Position numbers and translations under genes: made by a program. DNA of 63,170 nt, the filler included, from Chiloscyllium plagiosum (Eukaryota), in assembly GCF_004010195.1 (NCBI RefSeq). It is 3 parts of one record of this genome, joined end to end, with 100 filler letters (N's around TTAATTAATTAA, not from the genome) between each part and the next. Parts side by side here need not be neighbours in the genome. Positions count along the whole stretch, not along the records: positions 24,136 to 54,051 come from NC_057713.1; 2 more parts are not named here. The stretch is one strand, 5' to 3'. Below the pieces are notes generated by a model. The model had not been told where the DNA came from. It saw only the letters and a list, made by a program, of their open reading frames with translations, and did no database searches. Positions 24,036-37,640 of this stretch are shown piece by piece (positions within the stretch are counted from its first letter, which is position 1; each line of letters opens with the position of its first letter).

Positions 24036-24135
24036 NNNNNNNNNNNNNNNNNNNNNNNNNNNNNNNNNNNNNNNNNNNNTTAATTAATTAANNNNNNNNN
24101 NNNNNNNNNNNNNNNNNNNNNNNNNNNNNNNNNNN
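24036..24135. other. Assembly gap: 44 N + TTAATTAATTAA + 44 N
   Basis: Direct read; the 12-mer gives stop codons in all six frames (artificial spacer). Confidence 0.97.
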
Positions 24136-24362
24136 TCCCCTCCCCCACTCACCTATTGTACTCTATGCTACTTTCTCCCCACCCCCACCCTCCTCTAGCT
24201 TATCTCTCCACGCTTCAGGCTCACTGCCTTTATTCCTGATGAAGGGCTTTTGCCTGAAACATTGATTTCGAAGCTCCTTGGATACTGCCTGAACGGCTGT
24301 GCTCTTCCAGCACCACTAATCCAGAATCTGGTTTCCAGCATCTGCAATCATTGTTTTTACCT
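24136..24362 (+). mobile_element. Penelope-like 3' end / pLTR, family A
   Basis: CCCACTCACCTATTGTACTC...TTCCTGATGAAGGGCTTTTGCCTGAAACATTG...CCAGCATCTGCA, matching 44130-44346. Confidence 0.8.
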
Positions 24363-25644
24363 GATTACTGGTGACTGCAGTTTATTTACAATCATGCAGT
24401 TCCTCCTTTATCAGGGACACAAACATTTTGTTTAGTATAGCAATGCTCTTGTCCACTTTGGATTTATGTATTTAGCGCTGCAAGAAGTTTAACAACATGG
24501 ATCAAAACATCGGGCAAGTGTGTGATTTCAATATAGGTGACTTGCAAATATATAGATAAGTAATATAGTTAAAAACAAAATCCTCACCCTGCCTTCAGTC
24601 AGTGTTTTTCACTTCACTTTGTTGGTCTTTGTGGTGTGTGAGGTACACCCTGGCATTCAGGACCAGCCTTTTCTAATCTGAGTTGCTGCAAGTGATTGAA
24701 AATAATCTCATCATCACTTGCTGGAGGCATGCAAACTGCTTGCCAATGTAATTAGGGTCAAAATAAGCTTCCCAGTGTGTTCTGATATTCTACCCTTCAC
24801 CATTTACCATTTCCTTTCCAAGCCGTTCATCAAACCTGCATAATCATGTTCATCACATGCCAGAACAAACAATTTTGCCACTGTTATCGATATGGCTTTT
24901 TTTTTTGCTGAAAGCAAAGCTATGTTCTGGTTGCCAGTTTTTCAGAGCAGCAGGATCTTATACTGTCACTGCTCCCAAAGATTGACAATAAGGAATCTGC
25001 TCTCTAATAGTAACTGTTGACTTTGCAGAGTCTATGCTCATCCTTGTCAAATGATCAGACTGAAAAATAAAATGTCAGGAAAAGGAAGAATTGGCTTATT
25101 ACTATCTTATGATTACTTCCAACAATCAACACCAGCTTTGAGATGATGTTCCATTTATCATGTACCCACACTAAATTCAAAGCAAACGGGTGAAGTAAAA
25201 AATGCTGATCCATTTTTTGGTGCACGAGAACCAGTATTTTCTTCTTTTGCTTACAATTCTGTCTCATTTGTTAACTCCCCTCTCTCCAGTTAATATTCCA
25301 TGTCTATTGTATAATGATGAGAACAACCACAGAGTATTTACTGAGCTTCAATTATTCACTGTCAATTCAGTTGACCAACAACGCTTGTTCTGATGAATTT
25401 TCATAGCTTTCTGATAATGCTTAAGAGTTCTGAAATTTAACACTCATACAAGACCACACAGGAACAGGGAGAGCAAAACAGGCAGGTCATTATGTAACAA
25501 CATGCATCCCATGGATTGATCAGATTTCTATATCCTTCATTAATATTTTATCAGTGGTCCAGGTCTCTAATCCATCTGAGAAGTGGACTCCTAAGCTGCA
25601 ACTTTACCTCAACTACTTTCTGTTGACAGAAGAGGTTTATAAGG

Positions 25645-26040
25645 TTTCAAAAAATAGGAGCAAGCCTGAGGATTGGGAACATTTCAGAATTCAGAAGAGG
25701 GTTGCCAAAAGGTTGATAGGAGGGGATGGAAAATAGAGTATGGAAGTGAATGATATAGGAATATAAAACAGATGTAAGACCTTTAATAAGGACATAAACA
25801 AGAGGAGAATAATTAAAGTAAGTAATGATCCCTTTGAGACAGGGGCAGGATAACCTATCATAGTGAATGAAGAAATGGCAAACATTGAACAAATACTTTG
25901 TTTCTACATTCAAAGCAGATGGTGAAAATTGTATACAAGAAATACAGGGTAAGAAAGGAGCTAATAACGTGAGAAAATTCAAACTAATTAATATCAGCAA
26001 AGAAAATACGACTGGAGAAACTTAAGAAACAAACGCCTTA
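25645..26040 (+). mobile_element. Old CR1 ORF2 internal fragment
   Basis: SKPEDWEHFRIQKR and EEMANIEQILC-like remnants; resumes near 26430-26500. Confidence 0.6.
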
Positions 26041-26076
26041 TATATTTCCAAGTCTGTTGTCCAACAGAATTTAAAA

Positions 26077-26425
26077 GGTGAGGCAATAACCTCCTGGTAA
26101 CATTGCTGGACTTAATTCAAGGGCTCACGTAATATTGTGAGGAGCCGGGTTTGAATCCTGCCAAGGAAGAGGGTAGAATTTGAATTCAGTAGAAATCTAG
26201 AATTAAGGGTCTAATGATGACCACAATTTCATTATCAAATATTGGAAAAACCTATCTAGTTCAGTAATGTCCCTGGGAATGAAACTGCCATCCTTACCTG
26301 GTTCAGCCTACTTGTGACTCCAGACCCACAGCAATGTGATTGACTCTTAATTGCCTTCTAGGGAATTAGGGGTGGGTAATAAATGCTGGCCTAGTCAATG
26401 ATGCCTTCATCCTGTGAATGAATAT
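26077..26425 (+). mobile_element. tRNA-derived shark SINE (second family)
   Basis: B box GGGTTTGAATCC, TCTAATGATGACCAC and CCATCCTTACCTGG core, AATAAATGCTGGCCTAG tail. Another copy lies on the minus strand at ~42115-42385. Confidence 0.72.
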
Positions 26426-28333
26426 GAAATAGCAACAGCTCGAGAGGAAATGAGGCACTGGTAATGATTTTCCAAAATTTCCCAGAGTCGAGAATTGCCA
26501 CTCAGTCCCTCACCCACGTCCCCACTCTCTACTCACACTCCCTCACTCTTAAACTCATCCACTCCCTCAAACATTCACTCACTCACACACTCACTCTGCC
26601 ACTGAAAATGTTGAGCTTCTCAAAAAAAACTTCAATATGGCAGCTAATAATGTAAAAAGGCTGAGGGGGAAGAGGGCAAGTGGGGGTAGTGCTCTTTCCA
26701 CTGATCACTTTCTGCATTTGTTGGTCTTCCCCCATGGTCTGCCCGTGCTGACTGACCCCTGCTATAGTTTGGTTTGGAATCCTGAGCTGAGAACTTGCAC
26801 AAAAGGATTGATGCAGAAATCTCCGTGGGGAACAGCAATGCTGACAAATCAACTCCTAACTGGATGGCTGGACCAACTGTGCATCTGCACCTTAAATTAT
26901 TCCGCTTCTAAACTCAGATCTCAGTACTGACAATATATTCCAATATAAATGTGGCATTCAAATGGTTAGATAGGGATTGCTGATTTTGAATAAAGCTAAT
27001 GGGAGCGCAGCCAGTACATGGCACTAGTTGCCATTACTCACAGGGAACGCTGAATATGCAGTACTCCAGAAATCAGGAAATAAAGCCGCCTGTTAACAAT
27101 TTTGCTCCGTTTATGTTGGCCAGGCTTTATTTTTAGCCATGTGATCTGTAACATCCATTAACCTTCATACTTCCAATGACTCTTAACCTGTATAAGATCA
27201 TTAGCCTAACTTCAGCATTTTTCCTGTTATTTTTGCACATCGCTCTGCCCCATAGATTTTGCACCACAAAAAGCAGTAAGCATATCCACAAAGAGCAGGG
27301 GAGTCTTCCTCCTTATGGCGTCAGTAAAGTAAATTGGAAAATATACACATCAAGGCAGCACACAAGAGTTCCACTGTGTTGGGGAATCACAGTCATTAAT
27401 TGTTAGTTGCCTTCAATTCACACTCCGAATCAGTCTTCCCTGTTCCAAACTTTCCCAGTTAATAGGAAAATGACTGAAACACTTAGGTGAATGAACTATA
27501 GACTGCCCAAGGTGTTAATGAATTGTCGCTTTGTCATATCGGAGCAGAAGCAAAGCTGAGTGCACCATCGGTTATTTTGTGAAATGTAACATTCTAACCA
27601 GCTATGTATTATATCTTGGGTTGATAGTTCTGATAGGAGTGTATTTATTTAACAGTCACTTCGCAGTTCTTGAAGTTGCCGATGGAAACAAACCAGACTT
27701 ACTTGATTGGTGATGTTAGCACTGAATGTACTTGTGTTATGCTCCTCTATGCTTTTTTTATTGGATAGGCGTTAATCTATTTAAAATTGGTCGGTTTAAG
27801 AATGCTGTACACAACAACGATGAATGAAAATACTTGCTGGTCACAGATTGGGATGTTTACCTGACTAATGGGAGAGTCCATTTCCTTCCTATTGTAGTTG
27901 CCAGTGGAGATTCTGTCAAATATGTAGAGCTGTGGCAGAGTTGAGATTATGTTTTCAGAGTTCTAAATTCCAAGACCCTCTTGCAGAGAAAATGATTTTG
28001 GATTTGTTAAGCTCATCAGTTTTATTCTGAAATGGTTTGGAATGCAGCAGCTGATGGTCTCCTAGATCAGAAAGCAAGGACCAAAAATCAAGTTTTGAGA
28101 TCCCCACAGGGCATTGATTTCACCAAGATGTTAGGAAACGCCCTTAGCTTTTGTTTTACTAGGCAAAAACAAATTGATTACAGGGACAGATTTTTTTTAA
28201 CGCCTTATTTTATGCTTTATGCTAAATACTCCACGTCAGCTTATCTGGGCTGTGAGTGTCTACACATAAAATGTTAAAAGGCTGCTGGCTTTACCATTGG
28301 CTACCCCTCTTCTAGGTCTCTAGAATCCCTAGT

Positions 28334-28444
28334 TGAATAGTGTGATGTTGGAAAAGGACAGCTGGTCCAAGGATGACCGGCTGTGCTTTGCCAGCACCTC
28401 ACTCTTCAACTCTGATCTCCAGCACCTGCAGTCCTCACTTTCTC
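28334..28444. mobile_element. Short fold-back Penelope-like pLTR insertion
   Basis: Inverted arms around CAAGGAT. Flanking repeat TCTCTAGAATCCCTAGT / TCTCTGGGATCCCTAGT (28317-28333, 28441-28457). Confidence 0.65.
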
Positions 28445-28691
28445 TGGGATCCCTAGTATGCCCTCACAAGGCTCCCTCACTCTCTTCTATTCTACAACAC
28501 TTTTAAGGTACATCTTTATGTCGCCTACTGAATACAGCTCCCCAGTGTAATGTAAAAGAGCTCTCTAAGCACTTCTTTTTAACTTACGAGTCAGATATCT
28601 TCTTCTGATTTGCTCATGTCAGAGTATTGTCACTAATCACATAATCATTATTTGAAATTTCCATTGTACCACGCATGTACGAGTGTGAAAT

Positions 28692-28817
28692 AAAAGCAAA
28701 ACACTGTAGACCTGAAATAAAAATAGAAATTTCTGGCGAAACTCTGCAGGCCTGGCAGTATCTGTGGAGAGAGGAACAGTGTTAACGTTTTGAGTCCAGT
28801 ATGAGTCTTCTTCAGGA
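28692..28817 (-). mobile_element. Penelope-like pLTR, family B
   Basis: Minus strand CTGAAGA-AGACTC-ATACTG-GACTC-AAAACGTTAACACTG; the element ends just 5' of the core. Confidence 0.65.
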
Positions 28818-31233
28818 TTCATGTAGAAAGTTTGGGGAAGTTTCAAAAATGATAACAGTCTGCACAAAAAAGAAGCCAGTGTCTTGAAATCAGTAAACTG
28901 CTGATAAACAAAGGGCATCACGTTGGCTCAGTGCTTAGCCATGTGTTTATGTGGTGAGTCAAGTGAGTTTCTGGTCAATGGTAACACCTAGGAAGATGAT
29001 AGTGAGGTACTTCAATGACAGCAACAGGAAGGTGATAGTGGGGGGATTCAATGACAGCAACACCATTAAATGTCAAAGGACAATGGTGAAATCATCTCTT
29101 TTTGTGCATGGTCATCACCTGCTACTTGCCACTTATCAGCCCAAGCCTGGGTTGTCACATTTGAACACAGACTGCTTTAGTGTCTGAGGAGTCACAAATG
29201 GTGCTGAATATTGTTCAATCATCCATGAACATACCCACTTCTGACCTTATGATAGGAGGGAAGGTCATTGAAGATGGTTAGGCCAAGGCCACTAACTTGA
29301 GGAACTCCTGCAAATACGTCCTGGAGCTGAGCAGATTGACTCCCAACACCCACAGGTACGACTCCAACTAGCGGAGAGTTTGCCCCTGATACCCAGTGAT
29401 TTCAGTTTCTCTCATACTCCTTAATGCCACGTTCAGTCAAATGTGGCCTTGATGTAAAAGGCTGTCACTCTAATGTCACCTCTGAACTGTGGGTGAGGAT
29501 TTCACCTTCTGGTCAGTGTGTGTTAGGAACAATGTGTTTGACACCTCCATTCTAATTGAGGTGCTCTCTAATACCTGCCACCAACTGTTGGCAGAGCTGC
29601 AGCCTCCCAAGAGAAAATATGGTATTTTCAGTGGCTGTGGAAGTGACCATAATCATGATCCTTTATGCATTTGGCATGAGCCAGATCCTTGATATCCCGG
29701 TGTAGGTATGCCCACGGTGCTGACAAAGGTTTTAGACCCAGCAGGGATGAAGAAAGGGTGAACATTTCCAAGTCAAGATGGTGAATAGTTTGGTGGAAAA
29801 CTTGTAAGTGGTGCTGTTCCTATGCATCTGTGGTCCTTTCTTCTTTGTGCTGGTAGTGGATGTAGGTTTGGAAAATGCTGTCCAAGGAACCTGGGAGAGT
29901 TTCTGCAGTGTATCTGTAGTTTATGCATGTGGCTGTTACTGTATGTGATTAGTGAAGAGAGTCAATGCTTAAGGTTATGAATGAAAAAGCCAGTTGTTTA
30001 CTGCTAGATAATTTGACAATCATCTTGAGTGCTATTGGTGCTGTGCACATTCAAGCAAATGGTGACAATTCCATCAAATCTTAACCTCTGCTTTGTCAAT
30101 AGTGTGCAGGAATCAGGAAGTAGGAGGTGAGTTACTGGCATGAGAATTCCCAACCTCTGACCTGCTCTTATAACCTGGTCTGATGCACAGAGTAAGTAAC
30201 CCAGAGAGGAACGTCGTCCAGGTCTTGCTGCAGGTGGGCACAAACCTTTTCAGTATCTGAGGAGTTGCAATTGATACTAAACATTGAGCAATCATCAGAG
30301 AACCAGTATGTAGAGTTTGTGAGAGACAGGGAGAAGTCTGTCAATAAGTGTGGTACAACATGTGAGGGTGATATGCCTGTCATGGTTGAATAGCTGGCAT
30401 TGTGTCTTAGTTGTAAGGCTTGTAGCAGAGCAAAGTCTATGACTGTGAGGTGAAGCTTGGAATGTTAAGCTTGACTTATGATTGCTGGACTGAACAGAGT
30501 GTGATTCTGGAAATGTAAATGAAGGGATATGCTGTTTAAAAATGTACATACTGACCTTGGTCATTCAGATCAGGTCATTGAACATCTGTAGCCCTACTTC
30601 TAGAAACTTGAGGCTGTACTCCTGGTTTTGACCAGCATAGTGATCTAACACTATGGGAATTTGCCTGGAGCTCGTCTTGACTCTCAGCTGTGGATAAATG
30701 GCATTTCTCCTCTTCTGTAATTCCTCAGTCAAGGCATGCCATGCATCATCAGAAAATCATGGAGTCCACACTCAATCGTGGTGTCCTATTGATGAGCAAT
30801 CTTCAGGCTCACTCACGTTTCTGTAAATACTTCTGTACCTTCCTCAGTCACAAGGCACCTGCCTTATAAGAGGTGAAGACTAGCTATAAGTGGTGCTCCT
30901 CCTATGATTGTGTAACCACTGCTGAAGCACACAGCTTTAGGACTGTACAGTGAGTGTTGGCTGTCTGAAGAACAGACTTGAATTTGCTGCCTACATCAGA
31001 AACAATGGGCATTGTTTACTTTCTTATTGTAGTTCCCATCTCCAATTTCACGTTCATCGAGTTTCATGTAATTATTCCCCCTAGAGAAAGCACAAACCGC
31101 TCCTTAGGTTTTTCAGAGATTTACTTGCAAACCCCAATTTCCCCTGTGTGATTTGAAGACAAGCATTGTTCATATCGACAGCAATATGAAGATTAATTTT
31201 AACCAGAATCTGAGAAGAAGTGGGCAGAGAACA

Positions 31234-31558
31234 GATTAGATTAGATTAGATTACATTACATTACAGTGTGGAAACAGGCCCTTCGGCCCAACAAGTCCAC
31301 ACCGACCCGCCGAAGCGCAACCCACCCATACCCCTACATTTACCCCTTACCTAACACTACGGGCAATTTAGCATGGCCAATTCACCTGACCTGCACATCT
31401 TTGGACTGTGGGAGGAAACCGGAGCACCCGGAGGAAACCCACGCAGACACGGGGAGAACGTGCAAACTCCACACAGTCAGTCGCCTGAGGCGGGAAGTGA
31501 ACCCGGGTCTCAGGCGCTGCGAGGCAACAGTGCTAACCACTGTGCCACCGTACCGCCC
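31234..31558 (-). mobile_element. Young HE1 / V-SINE-type SINE with (ATTAG)n tail
   Basis: CpG-rich near-consensus copy; pentanucleotide tail at 31234-31265. Confidence 0.9.
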
Positions 31559-34286
31559 TCGATGGGGCACATCTGATGGGTGGTGTACAGCAAACTACCT
31601 CCTGTCCCTGTGTGCAGGAGGCTGGAACCATTGTCATACCACACTGAGCTACACACAGCATTGTTGACTTGCTCTAGTGCAGCAGTACTGGGAGAGCTAG
31701 AAAACAGCCACTGAGCTGGATAATGGTGGGAAATTTGGGAAAGAATGGAAGAGCTATCCCAGGAAACAAAGAGAGGGCTTCACATTGATCAGAAGTAATT
31801 GCCTGCAGCAGTCATTTGATGGTCACCAATAAAGCTTTTCTCTGTAGAACCTTATGAATGTCACAATGAAACTGGAGGAGATTGGAGCCAGACCAGGAAC
31901 AGGTCAGTAAAGTGTAGTAGTCCAAATTTAGGACAACTACTACCATTGCTGACTGGAACATAGTGTTCAAATTGGTCAAATGGAACATTGGTGCACCCAA
32001 GAGTTCATTGAACAAAGGGTGAATAAACCTCCATCATGTACTGCCCCATGTTACTGGAATAGTGTTCAGGAGCTTGGACTGTCGAGAGGAGTTGAAATTC
32101 CTCAACAACAGCTTGTTGACTGATTGAACTCAGGCCACTGAACAAATATGAAATTTAAAAATTCATCTCACTGATTTTGATTTCGAGAAGCTATCGGAAT
32201 GTTGTTAAAAATCTCGTTGACTCAGTTATGCACTTCCGGGAAGAAAGACATTTGATATCAGACAATGTGCTTATTTGTGACACACAACACTCACCACCAT
32301 AATCGACACTTACGTGACCTGTTCCTTGCTGAAGCAGGTAGTTCACCACCACATCATTTAGTTTACATGAAGCTGGTTAACAATATTGGCTTTAAGCAAT
32401 ACCCACATCCCATAGTCAGAGAAAAACAAATGACATCCTGTCAAGAAGAAGACATTAAGGCAGCTTACCAAAAAGCTGGTCAAGGAGGGACGTTGGATGC
32501 AAGAGAGAGGGAAGTGGACAGGCAGGAAAGATCAGGAAAGAAGTTCCAGAGCTCAGGACCTAGATGACTGAAAGCAATTCTGTCAATGGATGTGTTGCCT
32601 GCCAATTCAAAGTTCCAGGAAACATGCACCCCCACTGATCCACTCCTTCATGTTACCTGCTCTCTCTCTTGCAAACACTGTAAGACGGAGGGTTGATTCC
32701 ACATGGACATGAGTACACTATCTACTCACATGGATGACCAGAGTTCATATTTTCTGTTTATTCATATTGGGAATGTGAGCATCACTGTCTAATACCGGAA
32801 TTTATTGCTCAACCCTAGCTTCCTTCGAGGAGGTGGCAATGAGCTCATCTTGAACTGCTGCAGCCCATTTAGTTGCACCCAAAATGTTGTTAGGGCTGGA
32901 GCTCCAGGATTTTGACTCTGGAAGGAAGGATGATATATTTCCAATTAAGAATGGTGAACGGTTTGGGGAGGAAGTTACCAGGTGTGCAGTGTCCATGTAT
33001 TTGCTGCCCTTGTCCTTCTCGGTAGGGGAATGGGTACACACTGCAACCTACCAGCTGGATCCTAACCAATCTTCAAACTTTTGTTTTTAAATGATGATCA
33101 CAAATGTAATGGGTCTTTGATTCAACCACCATCAGGTTAGGGGCAGGAAGCTAAGCAGGAAGTGTAAGATATGTCGATGAGGCTGCTTGTATCATATTTT
33201 GCCTGTGTCTAACACTTAACCATGAGGCTGAATGTTCTGAACCTCAGGCTGATAACTGATGGCAGCAGGGATTGATGGGATGTAATGTGTAAATGTTAGC
33301 AAGCAAACCACCCCAGTGCAGACCTCTCTCCTACTGCCCACCTACAGTCAGGCTTGTCATGTCCAACACCCATCTGCCGATGTTAAAAATTACCCTCAAA
33401 GGTCCCCCAACCTAATCTTCAATGAGCATCTTTGCCTCTTGATCTTCAGTGTCCAGTTTTCTCACTAACTTTACAGAGAGTCATGATAACACCAAAGATT
33501 CTACCTCAGGTACGTGACATCCACACAAATGAAACTGTAATCAGTGTAAATAAACTGCTTTTAACTACCACAAGAGCAGCAGCTGATGAATGCAGATCTC
33601 TGTGTTTTTCCACCCACACAGGGAGAAAGAGAAGCAGCACTGTTATGATTCAGATCCATGAGGGAAACCATAATTTCTAAATGTGGCATTCAAAATGCTC
33701 CTTGGAGTGCTTACAAGCCTGTGAGATCTGTACTGGGCACTTGGCAGAGATGACCTCTGTTTCCTCTACTGTTTGTCCTGGATGGATATCCTGGAACCTG
33801 GCTTGATTGCTTCGATAGAAACAAGGAGTATTTATGTACAGCTCAGGATGGGGTAGTGTGCAACGGAGAAAGCAACCCTCAAGTCCTGAGATAGTCACTT
33901 CTCAACCCACAGTCCAAAGCCTGCTGATTTTTACTTATGAGTGCAAGTCATTTTACTAAGTTCTGTCATGTACTCATTCACGTTGTGAAAGTGCATTATA
34001 TAACTCCTAACTTTATAGTCTCCACATCTTTGTGTCGTCTATGTAAAGACAATAGTAAACCATCAGTCTGCTAAAACATAAAAACCTAGTGGAGACGATT
34101 AAAAGATGGAGCTGGAAGACACACTCTGAAGTGCAATATTGGGACAATCCTTCAGGGAAAATTGAGGTAATATGAGTCAAGCATTAAGATTGCAGCCTCC
34201 TTCGGAAACCTAAGAGGGCCACAACACTTATGCTGTTCAGGGGCTTCAATTCTTTAATCACAATATTAGAATATCTAGCAGGTAAC

Positions 34287-34616
34287 GGGGTGGCATGGTG
34301 GTTCACTGGTTAACACCGCTGCCTCACAGCTCCAGGTTTCACCCTCGGTCGACTGTGCGCACAGAGTTTGCACTTTCTCCCCGTGTCTGTGTGGGTTTCC
34401 TCAAGGTGCTCCGGTTTCCTCCCACAGTCCAAAGATGTGTAGGTTAGATAGATTGGCCATGCTAAATTGTCCATAGTCTCCAGGGATATGCAGGCAAGCT
34501 GGATTAGCCACAGGAAATGCAGGGTCACAGGGATAAGGTGGAGGATGGAAATAAATGAGATGCTGTTCGGAGGGGCGGTGTGGACTCGATTGGCTGAATG
34601 TCCTGCTTCCACACTC
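34287..34616 (+). mobile_element. HE1 / V-SINE-type SINE
   Basis: GGGGTGGCATGGTGG head; GAGTTTGCACTTTCTCCCCGTGTCTG core. Confidence 0.85.
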
Positions 34617-35829
34617 TTCACCCCCATATATTAGTTAATAATATGGATATTATTCACAAATTCACAATCATGCTTATTCACTTAAAATGAAAAACATAGG
34701 CACCGCAAATCAAGCCTGAATAGATAGCAAATTCAAAAATAAATGGTCAAGTGGTGCCAAAGTTTGAATGTTAAGTTTGAGATTGTACCTATTGCCATAG
34801 ACAATATTGCAAAGGTATAAGTCCTGGGTTTGACTCCAATGCCAGGAGCTTTTGGCTCTGGAAGGTGTCTTTGGAACCTGGCCAAAATGCTTGCTTAGTA
34901 GCCTTGACTGTCGTGTTTCAGGCTCTTGGATTTATAACTAGAAGGTGATCATAAAAGTAATGTTGTTCTATTAATTCCAAAGCTGGTTTGTCACCTCATT
35001 TCTTCATTGAAGGAACATCGAAGGAGGAACGAGAGGCCATGACTGGCTCCAGCTCATGCGCAGGAGGAGCAGAGGTGGTTCAGGAGGAGCCTATTACCAA
35101 GACTCCTGTCGATGTCAAGGGGCAGTGACTGGAGGAGCAGCGGGGAAGGAGCAAGAAGCAGGAGGAGCCAACTGAGAAGAAAACAGAAAAGATGAACTGC
35201 TGAACCCTAAATAGCAAAGCTGTTCTTGCAATTCAAATAGATCCAAGAACCAGAGCGTGGTGACCTTTTGCGAAAAGCTCACAAAACAACACAATTCACT
35301 GTATTTAGGTACATGTGACAATACTAAATAAATCTAAATCACGTGAAGGGAGTATTCTCTGGAGGTTCCTCCCAGATTTTGTTCATTTCATAGTACCACA
35401 CAAGATAGTGCACTCTTCAGATGGTCTGCATACGTGTTTAGGATTAAGGTAATTGGACATGCCCATGAACAGTCAATTAAAAAAAAAAATGACAAGTACC
35501 TTTGTGTATTGATAATCCCTTGGACATTTCAGGGGGAGCAGTCAGAATATTGATTGACAAGAGCCAGGCAAGGTCCTCTGTTTAATTTGTTACATTTAAC
35601 ACATTTTTCTAAACAATATATTCAGAGATGGAGCAGATGGGACTTGAATCTGGTCTGTCAATCCAGGGGTAGGGATACTATCACTACACCACAAGAAAGT
35701 CCCCACAGTTTAATGTTTTTCAGGGCCTGATACAGCCCATTCACCTGCTATTGACTTGCGCTTCTCTTCAGGGAAGTTCAAAAGGCAACAAAAGTAATGG
35801 CCTCATTTCACTTCTTCCTCGTGAACTCG

Positions 35830-36580
35830 AGTCATAGAGTCATAGGGATTGACAGCATGAAAACTGACCTTTTGGTTCAATTCATCCATGCTGACCAGAT
35901 ACCCTAAACTGATCTAGTCCCATTATCCAGCATTTGGCCCATATTCCTCTAAACTCTTCCTATTCATATAGCCATCCAGTTGCCTTTTAAATGTTGTAAT
36001 CTTACCATACTCCACCACTTCCTCTGACAGCTCATTCTATACACACACCACTGTCTGCATGAAAAAGTTGCTGCTTAGGTCCTTTTAAAACCTTTCCCGT
36101 TTCTCCTTAAACCTATGCCCTCTAATTTTGTTTTATCTATTTTATCCCAACTCTCAGAATATTGGCGACACATGCCATCCATTTCCCTCATGATTTTATA
36201 AACCCCTATAAAGTCATCCATCAGCCTCTGATGCTCCAGGGAAAATAGCCTCAGTCTATTCAGCCTTTCCATATAGCTCAAACCCTCTAACACTGCCAAC
36301 ATTCTTGTAAATCTTCTCTGAACCCTTTCAACTTTCAAGTTTCAAGTTTCACAACATCCTTCCTATAGCAGGGAGACCAGGATTGAACGCAGTATTCCAA
36401 AAGTGAGCTAACCAATGTCCTGTACAGCTGCAACATTGCCGTCCACGTCCACACTAAATGTATTGCCCAGTAACGGCAAGCATACTAAACGTTTTCTTCA
36501 CCACCTTGACTATCTGCAAATCCACCTTCAACGAACTGTGGATTTGCACTCTAAGCTCTCTTTGTTTGGCAACACTCCCG
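35830..36580 (-). mobile_element. CR1 LINE 3' fragment
   Basis: ORF 36075..36338 ERVQRRFTRML...ERLNRLRLFSLE; AGTCATAG tail repeats. Confidence 0.88.
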
Positions 36581-37233
36581 AGGATCAGATTTTTCCCACT
36601 CCTTTCCAAATTGCATCAATGATCTGATGAATGTTTTCCTGTACTGCTCCCTGGGTGATATTTTCAGATTGTCCTTAGCTCCTTGATCAAGTCTGTTCTG
36701 TTTATAAAAACAACAAAAACATTGTTTTCCCACTTCAATTGGCCCCGTCTCAGTTTAGTTGGAAAATCATTCATATCTTAGAATGGTAAATTGTGAGAAC
36801 GCCTCGTAAAAGGTTCTTAAATTATCTGTCACAAAAAAAGGAGATAGAAGAAATTGGTTTTCTAACAGTTATTGCCAGTGATAAACATCATCAACATAAA
36901 TTGCAAAACCACATTGACACATTTGAGTCACTCAAATAAATAAACAAAGATATGAAAATGTGTCAGTTGGAGCGTTCAGTCTCTAAGACCAGATCAGACG
37001 TTGGGAATTCTTCTCAATTTCTGAATTCCCGGAACATTTCCACCATCTTGGTAAAGATAACATAGTCTAATGCTCTCTCATTAGAAAAAGTTAATTTTGA
37101 CAAAAAGAACCTTAATGGTCATTGTGTGGAGGCCTCTAAACAGAGGCCTCTCTGTGGAGGCCTCTAAACAGCGAGGAAACAAAAATACCTCAATTCATAA
37201 ATTGCACAATTAATTGTTTGTGTTTTTCTCAGA

Positions 37234-37640
37234 ATGATGTGGAGGAGCCAGTGTTGGACTGAGGTGGACAATGTTAAAAATCACAGGACACCAGGTTATA
37301 GTCCAATAGGTTTATTTGGAAGCACTAACTTTCAGAGCACTGCTCCTTCATCAGGTAGCTAGTGGGGGAGGTACATAGGACACAGAATTTATGGTAAATG
37401 ATCAAAGTATCATACAACTGATGCAAAGCATTGAACAGACCTCGACTGCTGTTAAGTCTTTAATCACTTAGAATTGGGATGCAGAATTAGAGCAATTAGT
37501 ATGTAAATCCCAGAACTTCTTTCAAGTCACAGTCCCGAGATAACTTCAGGTTTTATTTTGAAAGAGGGGCATCTCAGCTCAGACAATGCATTAAAGGTGT
37601 GAGGTTAGAGTCTGCCTGTATCCCAACCCAGACTCGAGGT
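37234..37640 (-). mobile_element. Penelope-like terminal fragment, family C
   Basis: Homologous to 22951-23190. Minus strand CTGATGA-A-GGAGC-AGT-GCTCT-GAAAG-TTA motif (core at 37348-37354). Confidence 0.6.

Noticed and set aside
24080..24091. TTAATTAATTAA palindrome inside N runs (also 54096-54107)
   Set aside because: The identical 44N-12-44N format appears twice and stops all six frames, so it is a scaffolding spacer, not biology.
26500..26600. CACT-rich stretch
   Set aside because: Decayed low-complexity repeat with no further structure.
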